From Botryllus schlosseri (lineage: Eukaryota): a stretch of 64,000 nucleotides of DNA. Of this stretch, positions 12,719 through 24,600 are shown piece after piece. How positions within the stretch are numbered: the stretch's first letter is position 1; every line of letters begins with the position of its first letter. The stretch covers positions 6,264,001 to 6,328,000 of the forward strand of contig CM119371.1 of NCBI GenBank assembly GCA_051294905.1, read 5' to 3'. Both the position numbers and the translations under genes were made by a program. The notes under the pieces were generated by a model. That model had not been told where the DNA came from. It was given only the letters and a program-made list of their open reading frames with translations, and ran no database searches.

Positions 12719-15708
12719 CAGGGATATATAGAACTCCGGGATGGCTGACTCCGTCGATTGCGTCATCACGGTCATACACAAGTAGGGTCATTTTCGCGCA
12801 CTCACTTCAGATAGGATTGTTGACAGTGCTTAGTCTGTGCGTAACTTGGAGACCTGGCATTACCTTTCTGGTTTGTGATTGCTGGTAGATGCGTATGATA
12901 TCAATATTTTTAATTGTTTATAAAGCTAGAGGACACATGTAATGTTCAGGTAGTTGATAATTTTAGCAGTATTGGTTAGCGGTATGGAGCTTCAGCTGCA
13001 GGTTATGAACGGCGCTACCGGTATGTCAGTACCGTACGATATATCGCTGGTATTCGGAATATCTCTGCTTATCGAGTATGTTTTGCTACATTGATGAGCG
13101 TTAGTGTATATCAGGATGTAGCAGAATTACATTTCAGGATGATTCTAATATTGATTACGTTATGCATTAATGACTGATCTGATGCTATAGAACTGCATAA
13201 TAAGCCTTAAAGTCCTTAAAGTGGCAGCCGCCAGTTTAGAGTGACTTCGTCTGTTAGGATTTTATGTAATAGGTTAATCGATGATTAGAGTGTATCCATG
13301 CTGCGCTCCTATTTGTAGTTAACATGATGCAGAACAAAGGAAAGGAAGGAGTAGGCCTATCGAACGAGCCTAACGATTCTATACCTACCCATGGTTTGCC
13401 ATAAGACAGTTATATAGTTGTATAGCTTGAAATGACCGAAAATTGTAGCCTGTACCAGTATGCAAGTTGCATTTCAGTCAGACAGTCAGGATGGTTTTTA
13501 GAATTTTACGTAAAATACAAACCCTAGGAGCATGGTAGTGTTAGAATACAATAAATGGTAGTTAGAAGTTTACATAATTGTATAAAAGTCCAGGCACCAT
13601 TTAAATTGAATCTCTTTTTACAGATACGGTGCCGATAAGGCTACTAGTGACACATAAATATGTTTGGTAATGACTGGCAATCAAATGCCACTATACTGGA
13701 AAGAAACCACCGTTGCAGTGAACTGAATGACGGACACAAAATATAGCATTTGCTGGCCACTGAAACTTTTGAAGATACAAAACAGGACTATTCATCACAT
13801 AAATCGACTTGATGTCGGCCACTCCCTCATGATGGATAAGTTAACTGTATCGTCAGGATGTGGCAATTGGGAAAAGCTGTGGGAAAAACTCTGGAAACTA
13901 CATCAAAGTTTAAAAGGTTTTGTCAAATCCTTGCAACACAGCCAGGACCTCTCCTCAGCATGCATGGGTAAGTTTGTCTGATTCTGGTGAGCTATATCAT
14001 ATGAAGGATTGAAATCCATCTAAATATATTGTTGTGTGTGTGTTGAGCGAATCAACTGCTTATGACTTGAGGTACTATGCTACAGTAAAGATCATCCTGC
14101 CATTTTATCAACTGTGCATTTTGTTGACATTATACTCATAGCTGGAATATTATGGCAGTTAAATCAGCGGTTGGCACTTCTCGTCCTATTTGATCTTGCA
14201 CACCTTGGAACTTAAATTGCATATAGGACTAATGTACGCAAATAAAAACTAAATATTGGAAACAACATTTAATGTATTTTGATATTATATGTGGTGCTAA
14301 TGAAGTTTCTGCAAGGGTACTGCCAGTTTGATTGCTTTTGAAAGAAATACCAGCAGCTTATCAGTTATCTAGTCCCTCTATTCCTCTGCTAAAGATTGCT
14401 AAATTGTACTGTCCAAATTTAAATATCTTTTTGTAATAGCCTTATAGCTTTCCCATATAACTTTTGCTAAAAGAGGTGTAGGGTATTTCGTTCCGTAAAC
14501 TTGCAGCATTGTGACGTGCGTCAAGACCAAAGTAGACTATGAGCTCTATATTACAACACCATGCAGAAAAATCCGATTCAATCTGAAATTTGATGTTTCA
14601 TTCTCTAATGGACAAGTGTCCAGCTTCATGCATTTATAATTGGAAAAATATAACATATTTGGCGGTTGAGAACCACTGGGTTGAATCCCCACATCAAGCT
14701 ATTCTTAATGATTGGGCTTATGGTTGATTTGTATCTCTAAGTTATTAATTTTTGTTGCAGATTCCTGAAACAAAATGCTACGTTCCATCCTGTACAGCAC
14801 ATCATCAGTGGATATCCTGCTATACTATACTTGCGTTACCATCTGGAAATTTGTGTCTTGAGTCTCAGCAGCGACGCTTAGAGATAGAGATGATATTCTG
14901 TTTGGCCTGCACCATCGAGATGCTATACGACCGTAAGGTCACCTAGTCTGCACCCGTTTCTTTTTCTTCTCCATGCTATCCGGGAATGCTGAGTGCCTAC
15001 CCGGATAGCCGCGGATACCAGTTTTCGAGTCTTTTGTATGACCCGACCAGGAATCGAACCTACAACCTATTGATCGAGAAGCCGGACGCATCACCATTAC
15101 ACATAATTTCCAATACTTGTGAATTAGTATCGAACCCTCCAGAAGCTTGATTCGGGATGTACTGCACACCCAATGACGATAAAGCTCAGGAATGTCTATT
15201 GCTGAAAAAGTGGAGAAATATTTGGCGTGTTGTAGTATTCGAAAGAGCCCGTACAATTCAAAAAGTCTCAGTCATCATATATTTACTCCTCCCTGATTGA
15301 CTTATATTACTTCTCCCAAATACTTTTCAAAAATATCATCCGCACTGAAAAAGATTGGAAAACAATGTATTGAACGTTTAGAAAATGCTGATTTTCTTCA
15401 TTATCCACCTTTCTATGTATTACCTCTGGGTAAACTGTATGAAATTAATGAAATTCAACGTTGTAAGAGTTTGCTTATTTGTCTATATAGCATAAAGAAT
15501 GAGGTATGGGAAGACCCATGTTTTCTAGAATGTCTTGCTTACTCACCAGGAAGGCGGCAAAAGGTGAAGGAACCTGATTGTATAAACACCTACATCGCTA
15601 ACTTGCGAAAAAAGTGAAGATTTCGAGGTAGATTGCAGCTTGATATATAGCCCTACTTATGTATAGGCCAAAAAGAAGTCAGCCATCCCGGAGTTCTATA
15701 TATCCCTG
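12719..15708. mobile_element. 2990-bp TIR DNA transposon (hAT- or P-type), no transposase ORF seen
   Basis: Perfect 32-bp TIR CAGGGATATATAGAACTCCGGGATGGCTGACT. TSD GATTCGTG at 12711-12718 and 15709-15716. Absent from the sister copy 17160-19243. Confidence 0.92.
14960..15102 (-). mobile_element. tRNA-derived SINE fragment
   Basis: A-box-like gtgtaatggtg and B-box GGTTCGATTCC (15060-15050), followed by a non-tRNA body ggtcatacaaaagac...ggcactcagcat. The body resembles the MetaSINE central domain from memory (unverified). Confidence 0.65.
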
Positions 15709-15940
15709 GATTCGTGGTACAAAAAAAAATTCTATTGAAAATTCTTTGAAAGCAAATGTTTTCATGATGGAGAAGTTGGAGTCGGAGTCGAAGTCATTGT
15801 CATTCTCACAAACTCCGACTACGACTCCAGTCAGTATTTTCCCACCGACTCCGACTCCGACTCCAGCTATTATAGTTTTCGCGACTCCGACTCCATCAAG
15901 CGAAAATTACCCCGACTCCGACTCCGACTCCACAGCCCTG

Positions 15941-16880
15941 GTTGTACTTGTGCGCTTTTGATTCAGAGGTAAAGAAGTCATTGAAATATTCGGGGCAACG
16001 ACCGCAGTGAAACTGATACATAAACTTGGCGATTTCTAGTTTCCGCATATCTTCTATGTTTAGGACGCCAAATCTCTTCAGCAGCGACTTATTGGATGGG
16101 CAGCCAGGCCCCTTTGGAGCCCTAGCTATGATTCGGAGTACTTTATGCTGTAGTTTCTGCAGTGGCTTGAGTGCAGTTTTACTGGCAGCCCCCCAACAGA
16201 GGATGCCATAATGTAACTTCGATTGGATTAAGGATTTAAAGAGTATCAGAAGAACCCATGCTGGCACGAAGCGCCCAAGGCTGTAGAACAGGCCGCACTT
16301 CGGTGATAATTTAGTTTCTAGGGACTGAATATGACTCTTCCAGGACATGTTCGAGTCCAGTAAAACTCCGAGATATTTGGCATTATCTGTGTTGGAAACG
16401 GGCTGACCAGCGATATTAACGGTTAGGTTATTTTTTGAATTTACTGTCAGCAATTGCGATTTCGAGGCGTTTATGCAAAGGTTGTTCTGGGCCGTCCACT
16501 CATGGACTTTGGGCATTTGGTCACCAGTCAGGGCATCCAGCTCTGCCGTCGAAGATGCGGAAGAGAGGAGGTGAGTATCATCAGCGAACAGTGTGGTGTT
16601 CAATGAGGAGGTTTCAAAAATGTCGTTGACATATAAGGTGAAAAGGACCGGTCCAAGTACTGAGCCCTGGGGCACACCACAGGTCACCGGGTGAGGAGAG
16701 GACAAGGTGTCTGAGATCGCAACCATTTGTTGGCGTCCAGTGAGGTAACTTTTCATGAGCTCAAGTTGTGGGCCCCGAAGTCCGTAACGCGCCAATTTCG
16801 AGATGAGAATTTTATGATCTACGCAGTCAAACGCTTTTTTTAGGTCGAGAAAAATGCTACATCCCACATTTCGCTTCTCT
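15941..16880 (-). pseudogene. Reverse transcriptase fragment of LINE ORF2
   Basis: FLDLKKAFDCVDH, GVPQGSVLGP, LFADDT and YLGVLLD motifs; truncated at both ends. Confidence 0.9.
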
Positions 16881-17159
16881 ACTGTTTTTTATAGTAATTC
16901 TGGTTCTAGTTTTGCAAAGTGAGTAGTTAGAGTTAGAGTTTCGCATTTAAAAGAGAAATTAATTGCCAAGGAATTAAAATAGCCGTGTCGTCGTTTGGCG
17001 CGAATCGTGATACCGATGAATTGCTGTGTGATGTTCGGGCTTATTTATTATATTTTGTTTCTGTCTCCACGACTTGTAAATTTATTGAATCAACGTACGG
17101 CGACGTAACGGTTCTTGCGAATCGTGAAATTGAATTGAATGAATAGGCTACGTTGTATT

Positions 17160-19243
17160 CAGGGCTGTGGAGTCGGAGTCGGAGTCGGTGGAGTCGGAGT
17201 CGGAGTCGGGGTAATTTTCGGTTGATGGAGTCGGAGTCGGAGTCGTGAAAACTATAATAGCTGGAGTCGGAGTCGGAGTCGGTGGGAAAATACTGACTGG
17301 AGTCGGAGTTTGTAAGAATGACCCTGACTTCGACTCCGACTCCGACTCCAACTTCTCTATCGTGAAAACATTTGCTTTCAAAGAATTTTCAATATAATTT
17401 TTATGAACCACCAATCACTGTTATTAATAACCATACATATCAGGTGCGGCCAGCCCGTGGCATGAAGGCCAAATTTGGCAGAGGAGAAGGTTAGGTGTGG
17501 CCTGCGAGGTAATTCTCGAAATTATTTATGACATCAGGTACAATTGCAAGGCCAACCAAAATTTGATTAGCATGACCGCGAAATTTGATGATGACTAAAA
17601 AAACAGTTCTGACGCATTGACGTATCCAGGGGCCAGCGACATTTATCCCAGATCTTCGTATACGACCATAAAGTAGAATTATTTCATAGCTGATTTATTT
17701 GACTTGAAATTTTTCCCGGTACTTCGCATGATTCATTGTCACTAGATTTCTGCATTCAGTATTTGAGCCCCCTTCTGAAAATTATAAATACATATTATTC
17801 ACCGAATTGAGTCTAACTATAGCAATTAGGAGATAACGTGTCGTACAACATGCGGCTTCGCTTGTGCACTCGCAGCTAGATCGTCGACAAAACATTTGCA
17901 CAAAATGATAGAGGCATGTTCACTGATACCGTCGATTTGGCTATGTCTAAACGTCGAATAATCCTGTCCTTGCTAAATGAGCCCAGTAGTATACAGATGC
18001 GACCCCCAATGTATGTTAGCGACATATTTATTGATATAGCCTAATTCAGTCTTTATCTTGCAAAAAATTTTCGTGTTCGCGCGACCAGGGCCTGCTTACG
18101 CACTGCACAGTTGCATGACATATTGTGATCAATTTAGAGCATATTAATATAAGTCCTGTTTGCAATGTAACCTAATTCGGTTCGCTCCTATCGACGACTA
18201 AAAAAAGGTTATCAACATTCCAGTTGCCCGCGCAATGGTTCGTAAATTTCAGGTGTCCCTTCCGCCGAAAAAGTTGCCCACCCTTGATATAGATATAATT
18301 AGACATTACTTGCAAATTACAACTCAGTTGCAGAGGGAAGAAAATCGCAAGATGAGTTTTCGCGATACAGTCAAAATTGATGCAATTTTTGGAATTATAC
18401 CATGATACTGTGACAGAGCAAATGCATCGGCTGTGGTTTTGTAAAATTGTAAAAATGATGTAGGCTAAATATGACGAAACGATGCTACCCACTTGACGAA
18501 ATTAAAAAATATTTGTAGTGCAGCTTAGCTGTTTGGGTCGAACAAATGATCAAGAAAGACTGCAAGCCCCAATCCTTGAATACTTGATTAAGTACATGTA
18601 GACTAGACATAGGCTATGGTCTTTGACTACTTAACTAAATTCCATTTATGACCCATGTCTATTAGTAAGTAGGAGTGTGTGTGCTTGTAATCAGGATAGC
18701 GTGCAATAACCAAGTTTGTAAGTTCAATCTCTTTATTAGTTGCTGACTCATACACAAGAGGTACACTTGGATTTTTTATCTACATTTTTATTATACAGGA
18801 TGGGATATCTGCCATATTTGAATGATTCATACATTTCAGGATATATTAGAGAGTCCATGTTATAAAAACTTGAAAAAGGAAGGATATTTAGCAAATCTTT
18901 CTTTCATGTTAATTGCATAGTGGATAATTCGAGCTGTGCCACAATGAAACAATTTAGCATGCCACCGTTAATCATATGTTTGCATATGTTTAATGGTTGT
19001 ATGATAGTCATTCAACCGACAATGTGGCATATAATTTTCGAAGTAAATTGGTAATAATGCTAGAGTCGGAGTCGGGAGTCGGAGTCGGAGTCGGTACGTT
19101 TGAAGGCCCAGGAGTCGGAGTCGGAGTCGGAGTCGGTACGTTTAAAGATTCAGGAGTCGGAGTCGGAGTCGGCATATTGAAAATGTGTGGAGTCGGAGTC
19201 GGAGCCGGAGTCGGTGGTAAAATTTACCGACTCCACAGCCCTG
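17160..19243. mobile_element. 2084-bp non-autonomous hAT-type element with (GGAGTC)n arrays, inverted relative to 10962-15940
   Basis: TIR CAGGGCTGTGGAGTCGG. Perfect TSD GTTGTATT at 17152-17159 and 19244-19251. Confidence 0.92.
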
Positions 19244-19279
19244 GTTGTATTACACGCATATATATATGTGTGTGTATAT

Positions 19280-20220
19280 CAGTGTTGGGATCAAGTCACT
19301 ACCTTCGAGTCACGAGTCATTTCGAGTCATTGCACATTTTGACTCGAGTCAAGTCAAGTCAATCGATTTTCGAAGGTGACTCGAGTCAAGTCAAGTCACT
19401 CCATTTTTGGAGGTGACTCGAGTCAAGTCGAGTCAAGTCAAGTCAAGTCACGAGTCAAGTCACAATTCAAGTCAAGTTGCCTTTTCGAAGTATGAGGCAT
19501 GATTGCGTCATTGCATTATGTTAGCTGTCTGAAATACAGATTGAGTGTTCATTGATTATGAATAGAGTTAAATAGAGTTAAATATATACACGCAAGAAGT
19601 CACTGTATCGCTAAAATACGTAAGCATATCTTTAGTTTGTAGTTACCAGCTAAAATAGAGAACAGAGAAACGAATTGATAAGATGCAATACATTACATTA
19701 CCCATTCACATATTGATATGATACAAATCGAGCCTGCGACAATGGTTGAGGACTAAATAAACTATATTCGAATTCAATTTCAATAAAACAGGAGGTTTGG
19801 TTAAGGTAAGAATAGAAAACAGAAATAGACATTTTGCTATCGAATGACTTCACTACACTAGTTTACGATAACGTAAGCTCTAAGATTCGATCACTTCGTT
19901 TGCGGTCAATTTATTTGTGAGAGAACAATGGAGGCCCAGTAAAACGCACGATCATTGAATGATTGAACGCATTCACGGGTTAAACCAGCGTTTCGCAAAC
20001 AATACGAACATATGCAAGTTGCTGTGATTTTTATCGACCCCGTTTACTTGATGACTTGAAATTGACTCGTGAATTTTGCTCCGAGTCACGAGTCAATCCG
20101 TATTTCTGAATCGCCGAGTCAAGTCAAGTCAAGTCATTTTAGCAAAGTGACTCGAGTCAAGTCAAGTCATAAGAAAAAGGTGACTCGAGTCAAGTCATGA
20201 CTCGAGTCATCCCAACACTG
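19280..20220. mobile_element. 941-bp hAT-type MITE with (AGTCA/GAGTC)n subterminal repeats
   Basis: TIR CAGTGTTGGGAT. Perfect TSD GTGTATAT at 19272-19279 and 20221-20228. Partial copies at ~2966-3357 and 48882-48990. Confidence 0.92.
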
Positions 20221-20839
20221 GTGTATATATATCATAGCCACTAGAGATTATATGCGCAAAACATCGTACGATTTATTTCCCTTTTCATACGATGACTAGG
20301 TATCACAAATGTCCTACCAGAGGTTTTCATATCAGGGAATTAGGTAATGTTTCACAAGACTCCCCATTGATTAAATAATAAAATGGCGTTAAACAATATA
20401 TTCCGTTATAATGGGCACCCAACCGAAATACATAACAAGCCGACGGCAATAATGGTGGTACAGAAAATACACATGCACAATATTCGATATCAGATATAGG
20501 AATGATCGAGACGACGTTATTGCTGGAGGTCAACTAGTCTGATCACACCTGCATCAAACAGGTGTACTTGTCTCTGTACAGTCTGGTTGTGACAAATGTT
20601 CGGTAAAAAAAGGAAATAAAAAAGAAAAATTAAAATTCGATATGAAATTAAATTTGGATTTGGATGTTAATCTCAATTTCGCCACATGTAACCCTAACAT
20701 GCAAAAAGGTCGTATATTAAATATTGTGGTGATTAATCTGCTAAAATCGTTTGATTTGATAAATTTCAATATAAACTGATTCGTGCTAAATCAACAGAAC
20801 ATCATACATCGCCTCCGGGTTTACGAGCCATTCATGTTC

Positions 20840-20903
20840 ATTGGAGCGTAACCGAGTTCGGCCAATCAGGTGACAACAGATTTTCTGGTACAAGTTTTCG
20901 AAT
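20840..20903 (+). promoter_or_regulatory. Putative PLK1 G2/M promoter: two NF-Y boxes, MYB site, CHR element
   Basis: ATTGG 20840-20844, TAACCG 20849-20854, CCAAT 20862-20866, TTCGAA 20897-20902. Possible non-coding exon donor aag/gtacca at 20931 and acceptor tttttcag at 21448. Confidence 0.55.
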
Positions 20904-21474
20904 CGCCGCAGTCTCGCAGTGACGACAAAGGTACCAATTTTTAGGAGATATTTATGCTTGGTATTTGAGTATTCATACGTTGTTTCAAAGCGAGAAGCCA
21001 GAAATTCTTTCGCATCGGTATTTTAAATTGACGAATAGAGACTCCTTTCGAATGAAGAAGCATTAGTAATTTGTTATAGCTAACAATTTCAAAGAAATCA
21101 CTGCTGCCGTTGCTTGATTCGTTTTGAAATTATATGATATATCATATTATCTATATGCGTGATGTTCTCGCTTTTAACCACCAAGCGCAATTCTAGATTA
21201 GTTTTGAATGGTTTATACTTATGGATTATATATTACTGAATGCTTCATTTTGCATTGTACACTGTTATATATTTATAACTTTCTACGATGGTATGATACT
21301 GGACTGGTCTATACTGGACCAATACCTTTCTATTACTGTATGAGGGTATATTTCCTTGAAATATAAATTGAAATTGAAATAGACATAAGTTATTCCATGA
21401 CAGTAACAGCACAGCATACATCCAGATCATTTGTGAACATTTTTTCAGTTTGCTTTGCATTTGATTAAACGATA

Positions 21475-21648
21475 ATGTCGAAAAAAGTTGACGTTGCTAC
21501 AAAAGAAATCCCGGAAGTCCTGTGCGATGACTCAACTGGGAAACGATACACGAGAGGTCGGTTTCTTGGCAAAGGCGGATTTGCAAAATGCTTCGAGATC
21601 ACAGAAGTAGGAACGAAGCAGGTTTTAGCCGGTAAAATTGTACCAAAG
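21475..21648 (+). CDS. PLK1: PLK1 exon 1
   Basis: MSKKVD...GKGGFAKC...AGKIVPK/gtaagc. Confidence 0.95.
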
Positions 21649-24600
21649 GTAAGCTACCTTCATTGATATATCTAATCAGACTTGTACTAGCTATACCAAT
21701 CTGGTTGGTTAATGGTCAACTAATTAATGTTTTTTTTTTAGTAGTTTTAGGTCTAATTCCTGATTTTGAAGAGTGAGTGGTTGTAGTTCAACTTATCGTT
21801 GCGCATAGCAAAAAAAATTATGAATTAGAACAACTGGAAAACATTTTTTGTCGTTGGCGTGAATTGTGATATCAGTGTTCTGTTGTGTGATGCTCTTGCA
21901 ATCATTGCTAGCTCAAGAGTCATCACTGCTACTATAACAGCGGTGCAGCCAAGGGATGATTTTCAGGGGTCGAAACCTGTCATTTCAAACATGTATTGAT
22001 GTTCATGTGGAAAGCTGATTCGATACCGGTAAAATGAAAATTATTAAACTGCTTCATAAATGAATTGAGGTGGTTTTTTTTTAGTACGGTAGTTGCGGAT
22101 TCTTAAATGCAGTTATATATAGATCTAGTTCTATACTTGCTAGTTTAAAAGATCCATTAGTTTGTACCATTGTGGGAGTTGCAAATAAATTAGTCCGATA
22201 TAGTCTGCTTGTGTTTTGCAGCTATCACAAGTTAGTCTTTAAAAAATTGATGTGCAAATTAATTATGCATACATTGCGACAAAATAGCATATCTAATAAA
22301 CAAAATTAGACAATTCGGTGGACCATACGTTTCAGAAATGAAATGTCAATAAAAATACAACCGGGATAATGTAAAATTCCAAAACAAAGTGTATAGTATC
22401 ATGTGAATAACAACTAATGTATATATATGATATAATCATAGAGGAGTATTCGCTACTAACAGTGATGTCAGGGGTGGAATTTTGTGGGTTGAAACCCATC
22501 TCATTTCAAACTAGAAACGCCTGTCCTTGAAATGACGAGTCTATCTCCAATATATATCTCTTTCCTCATTTACAGCTTCGCATTCTAATATTCCAATTTT
22601 TGGAGGCCTATAAGTAGGCTATTGATACAATTGCGTAGGCCTACCGCAATTCTGTTTTAATTTCAGGCACTTCTCGTGAAGCAGCATCAGAAAGACAAAA
22701 TGGCTCAAGAGATCAGTCTCCATCGCAGTTTGAATCACAAGCACGTCGTTGGATTTCACGGATTCTTTGAAGACAAGGATTTCGTCTACATCGTTCTCGA
22801 GTTGTGCAAAAGAAGGGTAAAACATGACTGCATCTCTTGACTGTTTCAGTGACAGTGAGGGCTGAGCAAAATGGTTTAAGTTTGTGAATCTTGATTCGAG
22901 GATTGATTCTAATGATTCGTACAGGGTGTTGAAAGATAATTTTTTGTGGTAGGCCTACTGAAATTATATTTTTTGCTACTAAGAGTTAATTTATGAATGT
23001 GAATGTGGTGAACTTTATATCGAGTGATGAAATTTACTGCTACCGCATGTTGTACAGTAACTTACGCCAAAAATTTCCTGTATAAGCTTTCAACCTCAAT
23101 TCATGATCATGATCAAAGACTTGGTACTTGAAATATGTACTTGTATAAACATAGAATTATAATAGCGTACTTGGTCCTGGGACACTGTTCACAGCAGTCT
23201 GATATCAATCCAGGCAACCTACTTGAAAGCCTATTTCAAGTACCAAGTCTTTGTTCGTAATTACCTCTGATCTGATTCTTGAAACGACTATGAATCTACT
23301 AGCATAGTATCGTGAACTATTGGTGGGTAATTTTATAATTGATAATGATTGCGTTTCCTACCTTAACTACCATTTTTCTTTAAATCAGAATTTTATGCTT
23401 CTTTATCTTCACTTCTAGGGGTTGGAACTGAGACAAATTTGATGTTCATCATTATTCTAACCAACCTGACAATTTTATCAACTTGTCAATTATAGCTACT
23501 GGTACCAAAAGAACAGCCCTATTGCGCACTGCTTATGCTTTTTTACTAGCAAGATTATCATAAATATTTTCTGTTTTAGGAGGCCATGCATTCAAGGATT
23601 TTCCATGTAGTTATAGAGCTTGACATTGTATCAAAAGTTTGTTTATAATACGACTGATTAAAATGTGCTCAACACATATTAGCCTATATTTTTGTTTTTC
23701 TTATTCTATCAATCCAATTAGCTTTGGTTTTTGTTGCCAGTCGCTGATGGAACTTTACAAAAGACGGCGCGCCATCACAGAGCCGGAGACTCGTTACTAC
23801 ATGCAACAGATTCTGCTTGGCGTTGTTTATCTTCACGATTGTAAGATCATTCACAGGGATATTAAGGTAATGTTATGATTTGGAAATTATCAAAACTCCG
23901 AATAGAACTTGCGGTTGACCGTCTTGCTGTTCGAGAGACCATTGGCTATGTCATGTTCCTTGTACATGTTAACTGACTTTTACACTGCGGTACCAATCTG
24001 GTTCGTTGGCTGTCAACTAACTAATGCTTTTGAAGTAGTTCTAGCTCTAGTTGTAGATTTTCAAAAGTGAGTAAGCCTAGTTATTGATTTACATTTCAAA
24101 ATATTTATTGTTGCACATCAACTAGAAAACATGTCATCAGTTGGCGTGAATAGTGGCACCGGTGTTTCATTGTGTGGTGTTCTCGCAGCCATTGCTAGCT
24201 CAGAGTCGCATGTCACACACAGAACGGCGTAGCCATGGGGTGGGTTTTAGGGGTCAAAGCCCCATTCTTTTCAAATGCCGATTTTATCTCTAATATTTTG
24301 CAAATCAGCAATTTGTATCATCAGTTTTGGTTGGTTGCATGGGTTCTAGTTGTAGTTGCGAATTTTGAAAAGTGGGTAGTTCTAGCTGTAGTTGTGCATT
24401 TTGAAAATTCTGGATATGATCTATCATCCGACCCTATGTCTAAGATATAGGTGATCTTCAACATGATATTCTAATACACCGTACATGAAAAGTGTGACTT
24501 GCCTAGGCGATGAGGTAATTGTTTGCTGTAGTGCGTGTTGAAAACAGTAACGTCAGCTTCACAACACTGACATATAGCTACAGATAGTTGGCAATTTGGC

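Larger units (their letters stand above)
10962..15940. mobile_element. Non-autonomous hAT-type element with (GACTCC)n subterminal arrays, carrying nested insertions
   Basis: TIR CAGGGCTGTG(G/A)AGTCGG. TSD GTTGTACT at 10954-10961 and 15941-15948. Removing it restores the LINE sequence. Confidence 0.92.
10235..16880 (-). mobile_element. 5'-truncated CR1/L2-group LINE, interrupted by a hAT element, with doubled 3' UTR
   Basis: RT ORF remnant 15941-16880 is near-identical to 61766-62706. It resumes at 10961 after the TSD. 3' UTR twice (10250-10480, 10481-10756) and a (TGA)n tail at 10235. Confidence 0.92.

Noticed and set aside
15040..15102. tRNA gene
   Set aside because: A and B boxes are present but there is no complete cloverleaf or acceptor stem, and it runs into a SINE body.
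10756..19416. GVGVGV, DSDSDS, PTPTPT and RLRLRL low-complexity ORFs
   Set aside because: Frame readings of the (GGAGTC)n subterminal arrays of a hAT element.
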